A DNA stretch of 64,000 nt from Candidatus Bathyarchaeota archaeon (GCA_963733095.1 CAVTBV010000002.1:64001-128000), one strand, 5' to 3'; numbered from the stretch's first letter, positions 19,615 through 29,804 are shown. Translations and numbers: made by a program. The notes: generated by a model from the letters alone, not told the origin.

Positions 19615-20340
19615 ATGAAAATGCCCCTCAAAGCCGTCTTATTTGACATGTTCGATACCCTTATGCTTATAGAAAAAAACCATGAATTCTACAGTCCATC
19701 CTTGCTGAGAATGTACGGGTACCTAAACAAAAACGGCATAGATGTCACATTCGAAAAATTCAACACAGCATACATTGAAGCACGCGACTGCCTCTATGCC
19801 AAGGCAGATTTGAATTGGGAAGAACCACACTTCAACGTTCGCGTTTCTGAGGCTCTGAAAAGTTTAGGCTACAACTATGACGTTTCAAGCCCTCTCGTTG
19901 CAGATGCGACAAACGAGTTTTGTGAGGAGTTCATGAAGTACGTTCACATCGACAAGAACGCGGCGGCAATGCTGAAGGAGTTGCATGGAAAATACAAGTT
20001 AGGCGTTGTTTCCAACTTTGCCATTCCCGAATGTGTAGTTAAACTGCTCAGAGCAGACCATTTAGATGGTTTGTTTGATGTGGTTGTGGTTTCTGCTGCA
20101 ATTAACAAACGTAAGCCCAGCCCAGAAATCTTCCAAAACGCCCTTAAAGCTCTGGGAGTTTTGGCATCTGAGGCTGTTTTCGTTGGTGATACCATAGATG
20201 CAGACATAGAAGGTCCCAAAGCTATTGGCATGAAAACCATCTACATCGAGCGTCGCGTGCAGAAAGCTTCTAAGTGGTTTTGTCCCGACCAAATTATAAA
20301 AAGCCTCAGTGAATTATCGCTGGCGCTTACGCGCTGCTGA
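19615..20340 (+). CDS. HAD-family hydrolase
   Basis: FDMFDTL, VVSN, KPSPEIF, VGDT..ADI.G. Confidence 0.9.
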   Translation: MKMPLKAVLFDMFDTLMLIEKNHEFYSPSLLRMYGYLNKNGIDVTFEKFNTAYIEARDCLYAKADLNWEEPHFNVRVSEALKSLGYNYDVSSPLVADATNEFCEEFMKYVHIDKNAAAMLKELHGKYKLGVVSNFAIPECVVKLLRADHLDGLFDVVVVSAAINKRKPSPEIFQNALKALGVLASEAVFVGDTIDADIEGPKAIGMKTIYIERRVQKASKWFCPDQIIKSLSELSLALTRC

Positions 20341-20667
20341 ATGGGTGTTAGAGCTTTTTAGACTTGTCTGGAGACAAACGTTGGTTTTTTTGATGTTGCC
20401 ATAATTTTTTAGCAACTGCAATAGTTCATTATGTTTTTGGAGAAAGTCTAAGCCTTGCGGTGTGACAACATAGCCTTCTCTGCCTTCTATGATTGTTTGG
20501 GTCATCAAGTTGTTGTTTAGCAAAAAATCTATGTAATTGTTTAGTTGTGTGAAGCTTAGGTTTGCTTTGTACATTATTTGGGTTTTGAGGGTGCCTTCTT
20601 TGGCTATTTCTATGATGTTTGCCGTTATGCTTAGTTTGTCTCTTCTGTTAGGTTTAGCGCTTGTTAT
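20314..20667 (-). CDS. Winged-helix transcription regulator (RRDK...KTQIMYKANLS type); possible ATA start
   Basis: The frame extends 31 codons upstream of the ATG at 20574 through RRDKLSITANIIEIAKEGTLKTQI. An in-frame TGA lies just upstream, and the best start candidate is ATA at 20667. Confidence 0.7.
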   Translation of the reverse strand: MTSAKPNRRDKLSITANIIEIAKEGTLKTQIMYKANLSFTQLNNYIDFLLNNNLMTQTIIEGREGYVVTPQGLDFLQKHNELLQLLKNYGNIKKTNVCLQTSLKSSNTHSAARKRQR

Positions 20668-20851
20668 TGTTGTTCACTTCTGCTTTTCTCTTTAAAGCTG
20701 GTTTTCTTTTTAAGGTTTTAATTTTTGGTATGGTTGTTTTTCACGCGTTAAGGTTTTTGGAGTGCGGTGATTCAAATACTTAGTTTCGTATGAGACACTA
20801 AACACTAAACCTTTAATTCTATAGCTGAGAAAAAACAACGTGTGAGCAGAT

Positions 20852-21349
20852 ATGTTAATTGGTGCAATTTCAGATTCGCATGATAATTTGCCGCAAATAG
20901 AAAAAGCCGTAAAGATTCTAACTGAGCAAAAGGTGGGTTTGGTGATGCATGCTGGCGACTACGTCGCAGGTTTTGTAATCCCCAAATTCAAAGCATTAAA
21001 CTGCCAACTCATCGGCGTATTTGGCAACAACGATGGCGACCACGAACTCTTAAAAAAACGATTCAACGAAACCACCAACTGCACCATCCATGACCGCTTC
21101 ACCCAAATAACCGTTGAGGGCTACAGAATTGCCCTGCTCCATGGGCATGAAACTGAACTTTTGAGCGCCATAATCAACAGCGGATATTTTGATGCTGTAA
21201 TCCATGGGCACTCCCACAACTTGGGTATTGAGCGCAAGGGCAAAACTTTGGTCATTAATCCGGGTGAGCTTTGTGGGTATCTGACTGGAAAGTCTACTTT
21301 GGCGTTGTTGGATACCTTGAAGCGTGAGGCAAAAATTGTAGAAGTTTAA
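20852..21349 (+). CDS. Metallophosphoesterase, YfcE/MJ0936 family
   Basis: SDSHDN, HAGD, GNND, HG, HGHSH, NPGE. Confidence 0.92.
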   Translation: MLIGAISDSHDNLPQIEKAVKILTEQKVGLVMHAGDYVAGFVIPKFKALNCQLIGVFGNNDGDHELLKKRFNETTNCTIHDRFTQITVEGYRIALLHGHETELLSAIINSGYFDAVIHGHSHNLGIERKGKTLVINPGELCGYLTGKSTLALLDTLKREAKIVEV

Positions 21350-21460
21350 GCGCTTTAGTTTGAGCTGCGTTTTGTGTCTGTTTCAAAGGCTTAACAGTGT
21401 TATAGGAAATATTTTAACAAAGCTTTTAAACAAATAACGCCGTTATCGCTTTTTAATAAC

Positions 21461-21685
21461 GTGACTTGTATGGAAAAACAAAAACAAAATAAAAAACAAA
21501 CAATGCTAGACAAAATAGACCTAAAAGTCATGAACCTACTCCAAAAAGAACGAAACGAACTAACCCTTCAGGAAATAGCCTGCAAAGTCGGCGAAACACC
21601 TCCAAAAATTGCAGTTTCACTACTAAGACTCTTCCTTCAAAACGAAAAATTGCAAAATGAAAGACTGCTTCAAATTTCACTCTAA
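21461..21685 (+). CDS. Small helix-turn-helix protein
   Basis: LDKIDLKVMNLL...LTLQEIACKVGET resembles an Lrp/wHTH N-terminus. Confidence 0.45.
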   Translation: MTCMEKQKQNKKQTMLDKIDLKVMNLLQKERNELTLQEIACKVGETPPKIAVSLLRLFLQNEKLQNERLLQISL

Positions 21686-21691
21686 AACATT

Positions 21692-22624
21692 TTACAGTTT
21701 GTTATATGGTTCTCTGAGTAAGTTGGCTTTCAGAAATAATTGTTTAAGTTCTTCGTCGTTTGCTCCTTCGCGGATAGGAGTAAGTATATCGGTTAGGTTG
21801 TCGTTTCTCATCAGGCAGGGTTTCAGTTTTCCATCGCTGGTAACACGCATCCTCGTACAGTGCATGCAGAAGTCCGTGTTCTCTATGGGTTTAACAACTT
21901 CGACTGTTGCGTTTGGAAGATGGTAGATTAAGCGGTTATGCATGTAAGGCCTTTTTTCGACGGAGACGGCTTGTTCGCGGAGCATCTGTTCCTGTTCTTC
22001 TAAGCTACGGTGATGTTCAGTGTAATATTTGTCGCCAACGTTTACTGGGTCCAACTCGATTAGCTGCAAAACAAGGTTGTTTCGTCCTGCGTAGGCTATC
22101 AGGTCGGGCACATCGCCAACGTTTACATCTTTTAGTACTACCGTGTTAAGTTTAACTGGGCAAAAATCTGCTTCAATCGCCGCCTTGATCCCTTCCAATG
22201 AAGCCTCCAGTTTTCCACCCGTCAATTCATGGTATGTTTTGGGGTTAAGGGAAGGCAAACTAATATTCACTCGTTTAAGACCGCAGTTACGCAGTTTTTT
22301 TGCCATACTCCCGCCAAGCAAAAGCCCGTTGGTGGTTAACGATAAATCCCTCAAGCCAGGCACTCTGGCAATGCCTGAAACGATTTCAGGCAGGTCCTCG
22401 CGCATCAACGGTTCGCCGCCAGTCAACTTTATCCGCACAATTCCCAAACTGACGGCTATTTTTGCGATCCGAACAATTTCTTCAACAGTCATGAACTCTG
22501 AGGAGCGATTAGCACGTTGCACTTCGCCTTCTTTGTGGCAGTAGGCACAGCGATAGTTGCACCGCTGGGTAATCGAAATCCTTAGGTTAAGTAGGGGTCT
22601 GCCGCAGTTGTCTGTTAAACTCAT
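21692..22624 (-). CDS. moaA: GTP 3',8-cyclase
   Basis: LRISITQRCNYRCAYCH, TGGEP, FCMHCTRMRVTSDGKLKPCL. Confidence 0.95.
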   Translation of the reverse strand: MSLTDNCGRPLLNLRISITQRCNYRCAYCHKEGEVQRANRSSEFMTVEEIVRIAKIAVSLGIVRIKLTGGEPLMREDLPEIVSGIARVPGLRDLSLTTNGLLLGGSMAKKLRNCGLKRVNISLPSLNPKTYHELTGGKLEASLEGIKAAIEADFCPVKLNTVVLKDVNVGDVPDLIAYAGRNNLVLQLIELDPVNVGDKYYTEHHRSLEEQEQMLREQAVSVEKRPYMHNRLIYHLPNATVEVVKPIENTDFCMHCTRMRVTSDGKLKPCLMRNDNLTDILTPIREGANDEELKQLFLKANLLREPYNKL

Positions 22625-22626
22625 CG

Positions 22627-23160
22627 TTATTCACGTGCGTGCTTAACGATGTGAGGAGCCTCGGGCAAAATAAGCATTTCGAGCGCAGTTTTCACAGCGT
22701 CAGGGGAACCTGGAATGCAAAAGATAGCCTTACCCTTCGCTACTCCAGCAACAGCACGCGACAAAACCGCCGCGGAACCTACACGGTCAAAGCTAATTCT
22801 GCGGAAAAACTCGCCAAACCCCGGCAAGACTTTATCGAGGAAAGGTAAAACCGTCTCAATCGTAATATCCGAGGGCGTAATTCCTGTTCCACCTGAGAAA
22901 ATTGCAACATCCAAAGCTGACAAACCCATAACATACATTACGGCGTCTTGAATCATCGTTTCGTCGTCGGCAACGATTTTTTTGAAGAGAACTTTCTGGC
23001 CAGCTTTCTCGAGCAGGTTCACTATTGTTTCACCGCCGGTGTCGCCGACTTCTTTTTCGCCCGCCTCGATTTGTTCGTAGCGTGAGGTACTGCAGATGTA
23101 GACCCCAAAATTCAGGGTTTTGGGTGCTTTTGATTTGTGTACTTTGGAGGTTTCACTCAT
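22627..23160 (-). CDS. moaB: Molybdopterin adenylyltransferase MoaB/MogA
   Basis: GGTGITPSDIT, PGFGEFFR, LSRAVAG, PGSP. Confidence 0.93.
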   Translation of the reverse strand: MSETSKVHKSKAPKTLNFGVYICSTSRYEQIEAGEKEVGDTGGETIVNLLEKAGQKVLFKKIVADDETMIQDAVMYVMGLSALDVAIFSGGTGITPSDITIETVLPFLDKVLPGFGEFFRRISFDRVGSAAVLSRAVAGVAKGKAIFCIPGSPDAVKTALEMLILPEAPHIVKHARE

Positions 23161-23162
23161 AA

Positions 23163-23600
23163 TTATGCCTGCTTAAATTTTTTGACTACATGAATGTTCT
23201 CGATTGCTGTAGAAGGGTATTGCCCTGCGGAGTCTTTTTCGTACTGTTTGGTCATGTCCCAAACCGTTAACAGTGCCACGGAGACAGCGGTTAGAGCTTC
23301 CATTTCCACGCCCGTCTGTGCTCTGGTTTTCACAGTAGCGGTTGCGGATACTATTCCTTGGACTGAGACTTTCACATCCACCTCTACGTTGGTTAACGGC
23401 AGAGGATGGCAAAGCGGGATTAGATCGCTTGTTCGTTTAGCTGCCAAAACGCCAGCAATCTTGGCGGTGTAGAGGGGGTCGCCTTTCGCGATTTTTCCGC
23501 TGTTAATCAAATCGATTGTTTGCGTCTTGAGCTTTATCGTTCCTGTCGCGGTTGCTTCCCTAAAAATCTCTGCTTTATCCGAAACATCAACCATAGCCAA
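23163..23600 (-). CDS. moaC: Cyclic pyranopterin monophosphate synthase
   Basis: MVDVSDK, KGD, LIPLCHP, TGVEMEAL. Confidence 0.95.
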   Translation of the reverse strand: MAMVDVSDKAEIFREATATGTIKLKTQTIDLINSGKIAKGDPLYTAKIAGVLAAKRTSDLIPLCHPLPLTNVEVDVKVSVQGIVSATATVKTRAQTGVEMEALTAVSVALLTVWDMTKQYEKDSAGQYPSTAIENIHVVKKFKQA

Positions 23601-23965
23601 ATTTTTTCCTTCCTCAGTGCTTGGTATAGTTTGTTTACCTTCTTTTATTTATTGATGCAAGTTGCTCTTCGGCAACACTATTGGGCTTATTTGGGTCTTA
23701 ATCTTCAACCCTTGCACTGCACCTATAGACAGGTAGGTGGCACCAACCATTTGATCTTGTTAGAAACTCTACGCAAAAACCAATATTGGGTTGGCAGTTC
23801 ACTAAGGGTAAATCCGTCCTTGAGGGCTGAAAAACAGGCGCGTTAGCAAGTTGAAATCAGCACGATCCCAGTCAAAAAGACGGGTAAACCAAAAATGCAT
23901 AAACCCTTTAAAACAGCAATCTACTAATCAACGCAGAAAAAGGGGAACATCTGGGGCTTACCAGT

Positions 23966-25168
23966 TTGAAGGCGTTTAGCTTTGTCCACGCAGCGGATTT
24001 GCATTTGGGGTATTCGCAGTATGGTTTAGAAGCAAGAAGGCAAGACTTTGATGATGCTTTCAAGGAACTGGTAGACAAGACAATCGAGTTGAGACCTAAT
24101 TTTATGATTATTGCAGGTGATGTCTTTCATCAGGCAAGGCCATCCAACCACACGTTAGAGAACACCATCAGAAGTTTTAAGAGGCTCAAGGACGCCGGCA
24201 TCCCTGTCTTAACAGTTGATGGTTCACACGACTCTGCCCCAAACACGATAACCAGCACCATCCTCTACCCTCTCGACAGCGCAGGGCTCATCATTCATCT
24301 GCCAAGGCACCAAGGTGCATGCTGGAGCAAACCAGATTGCTGCTACGTCTACGGTATTCCAACCTACCATAACCGCCATAAAACTCAAGAAGCATTGCCA
24401 AAATTCATGGAAGATAACCCACCAACACCCAAAGCCGATGTAGCCAACATTTTTGTTTTCCATGGTGCACTGGATTTGGCGGAGGTTAAAGGACCTTTTG
24501 AAGCAGAAATCTTGCCCGACGAGTTGCCAGCGGGCTTTTGTTATTATGCGGCTGGGCACTTGCATCAACGGTTTGTGGGAAAATTTAAAGAAGGCATTTT
24601 AGTTTACAGCGGTTGCACGGAAACGGTGAGTTATGATGAAGGCAAATTCACAAAAGGCTTCTACCACGTCAAAGTTAACGCGGCAGGACAGGTTAAACCG
24701 GAACTAATCGAGTTAACGACCCCGCGCAGGTTTGTTGTAGTGGAACAAGATTTCTCGGGTATGCAATCTGCCAAAATCACAGAGTTAGCTACTCAAATGG
24801 TGAGGGATGCCGATTCTGAAGGTGCATTAGTGATTCCCGTGTTGAAAGGAACGTTGCCGTCGGAAGCAAGCCGCACAGAAATCGATATAGCAAAAATTCG
24901 CTCTGCAGGGGAAAGAGCACTGCTTGTCCACCCTATAGTATTGCTTAAAGAAACCGTGGTTTCAGACGAAATCGTGCGTTCCATATTTGAGGGCGGCTTC
25001 AAGGACTTGAAAACCAAAGCCTTCGAGTACTTCCTCCAAATCTTCTCAGACCGCTATGGCAAAGAAGAAGCCGAAAAAATCGCAAGAGGTGCAATCAGCT
25101 TAATAGAACCCTTAACCCGAAAACAAGACGAAAAAGTCAAGCAAATTATCGAGGGACTCGCCAAATGA
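23966..25168 (+). CDS. mre11: DNA double-strand break repair nuclease Mre11
   Basis: ADLHLG, AGDVF, GSHD, FHG, GHLH, YSG; overlaps rad50. Confidence 0.9.
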   Translation: MKAFSFVHAADLHLGYSQYGLEARRQDFDDAFKELVDKTIELRPNFMIIAGDVFHQARPSNHTLENTIRSFKRLKDAGIPVLTVDGSHDSAPNTITSTILYPLDSAGLIIHLPRHQGACWSKPDCCYVYGIPTYHNRHKTQEALPKFMEDNPPTPKADVANIFVFHGALDLAEVKGPFEAEILPDELPAGFCYYAAGHLHQRFVGKFKEGILVYSGCTETVSYDEGKFTKGFYHVKVNAAGQVKPELIELTTPRRFVVVEQDFSGMQSAKITELATQMVRDADSEGALVIPVLKGTLPSEASRTEIDIAKIRSAGERALLVHPIVLLKETVVSDEIVRSIFEGGFKDLKTKAFEYFLQIFSDRYGKEEAEKIARGAISLIEPLTRKQDEKVKQIIEGLAK

Positions 25169-27255
25169 AGCTTGAAATTGTCCAGTTGGAAAACATCCGC
25201 AGCCACACCAAATCTACGGTACCTTTCACCCGCGGATTTAACTGTTTAGTTGGCGGCGTAGGTCGCGGTAAATCCAGCGTCTTATACGCAGTGGATTTTG
25301 TGTTGTTCGGTGACACGATTGGCAGTCGAAGTTTTGAGTATTTGATGCGGGAAGACGCTGACTGGTGCAGGGTTACACTGCAGTTTACGCATAATGGCAA
25401 AACCTACAAGCTAACACGGGGATTGAGGCGGAAAGGCAAAAACATCAACCAAGATTTTGAGCAGCTCAAGCTGTATGAAGATGAAAAGCTTATTGCCAGC
25501 ATGAAAACCGATGCCATCACTGAACAATTAAAGGCAGTCACAGGTTTAGACAGGGATCTTTACCGTGAAATCGTCTGGTTTAGGCAAGAACACCTCAAGG
25601 AGCTTTTGGATGCTAAACCACGCGATAGACAAACACGCTTAGACGGGCTGTTTGGTTTGTCAGATTATGAAGTTGCATGGAGCAACATTGCACAGTACCA
25701 ACGCGACTATGACACAGAGAAACGAATTTTCGAAAAAGATCCCGATGTTATAGGTTTAGAGAAACTCAGCAACGAGTACAACAGGGCAAGCGAAGAATTC
25801 ACCTTCTTGGAGATGGATTTAGAAACCTTAACTCAGAAACTGTCCGTTGCTAAGCGAGTGCTGGATGAAGCAAACGCAGAACTCAATCGACTCGAAGAGA
25901 AAAAATTGGCTGTAGAAGAGCTCAAGCTCAAAGAAACCCGAATAAACACTAACATAGCCAACATGACCAACACATTGGCGTCACTCACCCAACGTATAGA
26001 AGATAAAAAAACAGTAATTAACAATTTGAGGCTACGCCAGAGCTCTCTTGACGCTCAAACCAAAATTTGTTTGGGCAAACTTGATCAAGCAGGATTACCC
26101 ACCAACCAGTCCATGGACCAGTTGGGTTCTTGTTTGGCAGGGTTTGACGACAAAATCAGTAGTTTGAAAGCGGAACAGGAATCTACTTCGAGAAGCATGC
26201 AAACCGACAAGAAAAGAGCAGGCGAATTGGCTGAAGAAAGCAAGTGTCCGCTTTGTGTTCAACCTTTAACTGGCGAATACAAGACTGGTTTGATACAGAG
26301 GATTCAGCAAGAGAATATTGAACGGGAAAAAACAATTAACCAGCTTAGACTTGAAGTGGTGACTCTGCAAAAAACCAAAGCGGTCGCCCAAGAAGCATAT
26401 TCTAACCTGCAAACCTGCATTACTCGCAATGCCGATTTGAATGCGCGAATTCTTGAAGAAGAAAACAACCTCACTCGCCTTACATCCGAACTGGGCGAGA
26501 AACAAAAGATGGAGACCGATTTGCTGGCTCAATTAGAGGTGGTGGTGTTAGAAATTGCCAAATTCAACCTCTTAGACGTAGAAGAAGCCCGTGCTCAACG
26601 GGAACGCGCTTTCAAGCAATATTATGTTGTAGAATCAGATTTACGCACTAAAGAGAACCGCAAAAAGGACCTCGCCCAACGCTTAGATGACGCTAAAGAC
26701 CGCATCAACCTTGCACAGGAAAAACTAGAGCGAATAGAGAAAATTCGCAAGACTATCGAAGTTCTCGGTGCTATCCGAGATGCTTATCGCAGTATTCAGC
26801 CTAAACTGAGAAGCGAGTTTGTGAAAGTTCTACGTAACTTTGTCCAGCAGGTTCTCGACGGGTTAGTTGGAGGAGAGACACCGATGCTTAATGTTGTCAT
26901 CGATGAGACTTATACACCGTATGTGAAGAGTGAGACAGGAGTGGACCGGGAAGTCAGTAACCTCTCAGGCGGTGAACGCACGCTTTTGGCGTTTGCTTAC
27001 CGTTTAGGTTTGGGACAGTTGATTATGCAATCACGGACGGGGCATGGCTTGGGCATGCTGATGCTTGATGAACCCACGGAGAACTTGGGAAGCGAAGATG
27101 GCAGTATCGAGCGGTTAGCTGAAGCCATCAGCAGATTTAAAGCCATAGAACAAATAATCGCTGTTACTCATAGTGAAGCGTTTGCGGCAAAAGCCGACCA
27201 CGTAATTATCCTTGAGAAAGAGGCTGGAATTAGCAAAATCTCCATCGAACGCTAA
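25165..27255 (+). CDS. rad50: Rad50 ATPase
   Basis: Walker A GRGKSS, coiled coils, Zn hook CPLC, signature LSGGE, Walker B LMLDEP, VTH. Confidence 0.92.
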   Translation: MKLEIVQLENIRSHTKSTVPFTRGFNCLVGGVGRGKSSVLYAVDFVLFGDTIGSRSFEYLMREDADWCRVTLQFTHNGKTYKLTRGLRRKGKNINQDFEQLKLYEDEKLIASMKTDAITEQLKAVTGLDRDLYREIVWFRQEHLKELLDAKPRDRQTRLDGLFGLSDYEVAWSNIAQYQRDYDTEKRIFEKDPDVIGLEKLSNEYNRASEEFTFLEMDLETLTQKLSVAKRVLDEANAELNRLEEKKLAVEELKLKETRINTNIANMTNTLASLTQRIEDKKTVINNLRLRQSSLDAQTKICLGKLDQAGLPTNQSMDQLGSCLAGFDDKISSLKAEQESTSRSMQTDKKRAGELAEESKCPLCVQPLTGEYKTGLIQRIQQENIEREKTINQLRLEVVTLQKTKAVAQEAYSNLQTCITRNADLNARILEEENNLTRLTSELGEKQKMETDLLAQLEVVVLEIAKFNLLDVEEARAQRERAFKQYYVVESDLRTKENRKKDLAQRLDDAKDRINLAQEKLERIEKIRKTIEVLGAIRDAYRSIQPKLRSEFVKVLRNFVQQVLDGLVGGETPMLNVVIDETYTPYVKSETGVDREVSNLSGGERTLLAFAYRLGLGQLIMQSRTGHGLGMLMLDEPTENLGSEDGSIERLAEAISRFKAIEQIIAVTHSEAFAAKADHVIILEKEAGISKISIER

Positions 27256-27446
27256 AACGCACAATTAAGAATAGTCCTTCTTTTATTTCTTTTTCATGAT
27301 AATTGTCTATTTCTCAAAGCTACTTTCCAATTCTATTTGTTAAGTCAATTTAAAAACTTGAAATTTTATCGATTTCTAAAATAGACCTGATCATCTCTTG
27401 GAAAAGCTTATATCTTTTTTAATATTATGAGGTATTTGGTAATTCA

Positions 27447-28205
27447 ATGAAGACATCAAATAACTTTAAGTTTTTAGCTCTGTTTTTGATCTCGTCAATA
27501 ATTCTGGTAACTGCAGCAAGTACCACTACGTCTGTGAATGCGCAATCCCAAGCTTCCGTTTATGTCTACAACTCTCAAGGTGGAAACGTAAGTGCTAATG
27601 GAACACAACTAACGCCAGCCACTACCTCCGATTATGCCGACGGTGACACTGTCGTTTACACAGCAACTCCTGGGGCTGGGTTTGCTTTCTTATGTTGGAA
27701 TTGGATCAGCAGTTCAGCTCCAACGACTTCCATTGAAAGCACACTTACAGAGACACTCTCGGCATCAGACGCCTGCGCTATACAGGCATTATTCGTCCCA
27801 ATCACAAACGCAACTCAAATGCCATCAGGATCCGGATCAGCAACTGTCGTCATGCTACTTCCAGCAGGCGGAACCACAAGTCCTGAATCAGGGACTGCGA
27901 CAGAATCTTCAAGCTCATACACAAACTACACTATTGGAGAAGCTTCTACTTTTACAGCTACCCCAAGCACTGACTTTAAATTCTTATATTGGCTAGTCGT
28001 CAGCTCAGAAGGCAGTTCCTACTTTACTGATAGTACAATCTCCTTGTACGTCCCTGCCAGCGAAGTTGCAATGCAAGCGTTCTTTGTTCCAAGCAGCAGC
28101 ACCGTCGTAATAGATGAGTACTCAAACGTTGCAATAGCCATCCTCGCCGTAGTATTAGCTATAAGCGCATTCGGCGTCTTTGCGTTCAAAAGAAGAGCTA
28201 AATAA
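27447..28205 (+). CDS. Secreted Ser/Thr-rich protein with two InlB-B-like repeats and C-terminal anchor
   Basis: Signal peptide; duplicated GG...TATP..F.FL.W...A.FVP unit; IDEY followed by TM and KRRAK. Confidence 0.75.
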   Translation: MKTSNNFKFLALFLISSIILVTAASTTTSVNAQSQASVYVYNSQGGNVSANGTQLTPATTSDYADGDTVVYTATPGAGFAFLCWNWISSSAPTTSIESTLTETLSASDACAIQALFVPITNATQMPSGSGSATVVMLLPAGGTTSPESGTATESSSSYTNYTIGEASTFTATPSTDFKFLYWLVVSSEGSSYFTDSTISLYVPASEVAMQAFFVPSSSTVVIDEYSNVAIAILAVVLAISAFGVFAFKRRAK

Positions 28206-28230
28206 TAATTTAAATTCTCTTTTTCTTTTT

Positions 28231-29073
28231 TTATTTTTCTTCGACCATTTGTGCATCTTTTACTTCATAGGTTACTTCAGCGCTAGTTTTCATGTTAATT
28301 TGGTCTATTTCCTGTATCATTCGGTTCACCATTCTGCCAACTACCAGAACGAACACATTTAAGCCTCTTGAAGCAGCGATGGCAGCTGAACGGCTAATTC
28401 CGAATTCGATGTCTGCTTTAAGCTCCAGTTTGTTGAGGGCAGCTCTGCCCACTGCGCCCATGACGCCGATTCGGTCGGGTTTGAATTCGTCATAGAAACC
28501 TTTGACTTTTGCCAAGTCTGCAGCGCGTGAGCCGCCTTTGCGTATACTGGGTAGTCTAACGATGAGAATTTTTCCCTTTTTCACTTTGACCTTGCCATGC
28601 AAATCTCTCAACCCCAAGTCTTCACCCACCTTGGCATCAACGAGTGCTGTGCCCTTCGCTTCTGTTAGTTCGCTGTCTGGGCGAACGGTGTACATGACTC
28701 CTTCTTTCATAATCAAGCCGATTTCTTGTCCTGCTTTGATGGGTTGGGTAGCGATGGCTGGCCATGCGTGTTCGATTTTTATGTCGTGTTTTAATTCGGT
28801 GACATAGTTTTCGAGGTTTCGTATGTCTTCCCGTAGTTTAGTTACAGCTTTTGGGGTTAGGTGGTAGTCGGCTCTTTCGGACCCAGCTTCTATTAGACCT
28901 TCTTTTGCTAGTTTTTTGAAGTATTTAGATATGGCTTGGATAGTTATGCCTAGTTTGTTGCTTATGTCTTTTTGTTTGATGTGGGGTTGATTCCGCATGA
29001 TTTCGAGGAGGATTTGGAATTTGGTGAATTCACCTTTGTCACGTAAAAGGATGGTTTGCTGTTTTTTGTACAC
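28231..29073 (-). CDS. MarR-type winged-helix transcription regulator with C-terminal domain (COG1497-like)
   Basis: TKFQILLEI...QKDISNKLGITIQAISKYFKKL..EGLI; divergent from cbiM. Confidence 0.85.
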   Translation of the reverse strand: MYKKQQTILLRDKGEFTKFQILLEIMRNQPHIKQKDISNKLGITIQAISKYFKKLAKEGLIEAGSERADYHLTPKAVTKLREDIRNLENYVTELKHDIKIEHAWPAIATQPIKAGQEIGLIMKEGVMYTVRPDSELTEAKGTALVDAKVGEDLGLRDLHGKVKVKKGKILIVRLPSIRKGGSRAADLAKVKGFYDEFKPDRIGVMGAVGRAALNKLELKADIEFGISRSAAIAASRGLNVFVLVVGRMVNRMIQEIDQINMKTSAEVTYEVKDAQMVEEK

Positions 29074-29090
29074 AGTTAATTCAACCTGAC

Positions 29091-29106
29091 TTTAACTTTA
29101 GTTAAA
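29091..29106. promoter_or_regulatory. Palindromic operator TTTAACT-N2-AGTTAAA beside a bidirectional TATA (29113-29120)
   Basis: Perfect 7-bp inverted repeat in the 83-bp regulator/cbiM intergenic region. Confidence 0.6.
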
Positions 29107-29156
29107 CAAATGTTAATAAGTATTCGGATGGGTAAGCCAACACAAGAGGGGTAGAA

Positions 29157-29804
29157 ATGCACATCTCAGACGGAATACTCACACCACAATGGTGCATAGC
29201 TTGGTACATTTTAGCAGCAATTTTCGTAGCAGTAGGAGCAAGAGAAATTTCCAAAAGACGCAAAATCAACCCAGCATTCATGTCTATGGTTGGTCTTATG
29301 GGCGCAGCAGTCTTTGTAATTTCAGTATGGCACATCCCCGTACCAGTCACAGGGTCATGTTCACACCCAGCAGGAACAGCTATGGCCGCAATGATAATTG
29401 GTCCATTCCCAACAGTAGTAATCTCCGCAATCGCTTTGTTCTTCCAAACATTCATTGGCCATGGCGGAATAACCACCATCGGCGCAAATACGATATCCAT
29501 GGGAATCGTTGGAACCTTCACAGGGTACTTCACCTTCCGAGGCATGAAAAAGGCCGGTGCCTCAATTTGGCTCTCAGCAGGCTTAGGTGGATTAGTCGGC
29601 GATTTAATGACTTATGTAACGGCAGCTTTTGAACTTGCAATTTCAATACATCCCTCAAACCTATTTACGTGGTGGGGGGTATTCACGCTGGGATATTTAC
29701 CAACTCAAATTCCCCTCGCAATCTTGGAGTTCGGGTTCACAGCGGCAGCAGTACAATACATTGCAAATCATAGACCCGAACTGTTGAAATGGTGGTTGAA
29801 ATAA
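29157..29804 (+). CDS. cbiM: Cobalt ECF transporter S component
   Basis: MHISDG N-terminus, GSCSHP, HGGITTIGAN, TQIPLAILE. Confidence 0.95.
   Translation: MHISDGILTPQWCIAWYILAAIFVAVGAREISKRRKINPAFMSMVGLMGAAVFVISVWHIPVPVTGSCSHPAGTAMAAMIIGPFPTVVISAIALFFQTFIGHGGITTIGANTISMGIVGTFTGYFTFRGMKKAGASIWLSAGLGGLVGDLMTYVTAAFELAISIHPSNLFTWWGVFTLGYLPTQIPLAILEFGFTAAAVQYIANHRPELLKWWLK

Noticed and set aside
23601-23965. Possible Moco riboswitch or ncRNA upstream of moaC
   Set aside because: Only a small GTTGC/GCAAC hairpin is present. The likely TATA is close to moaC, leaving no room for a structured leader. ORF 23520..23846 looks spurious.
29107-29156. Cobalamin riboswitch before cbiM or hemA
   Set aside because: The intergenic regions are too short and lack B12-box sequence.
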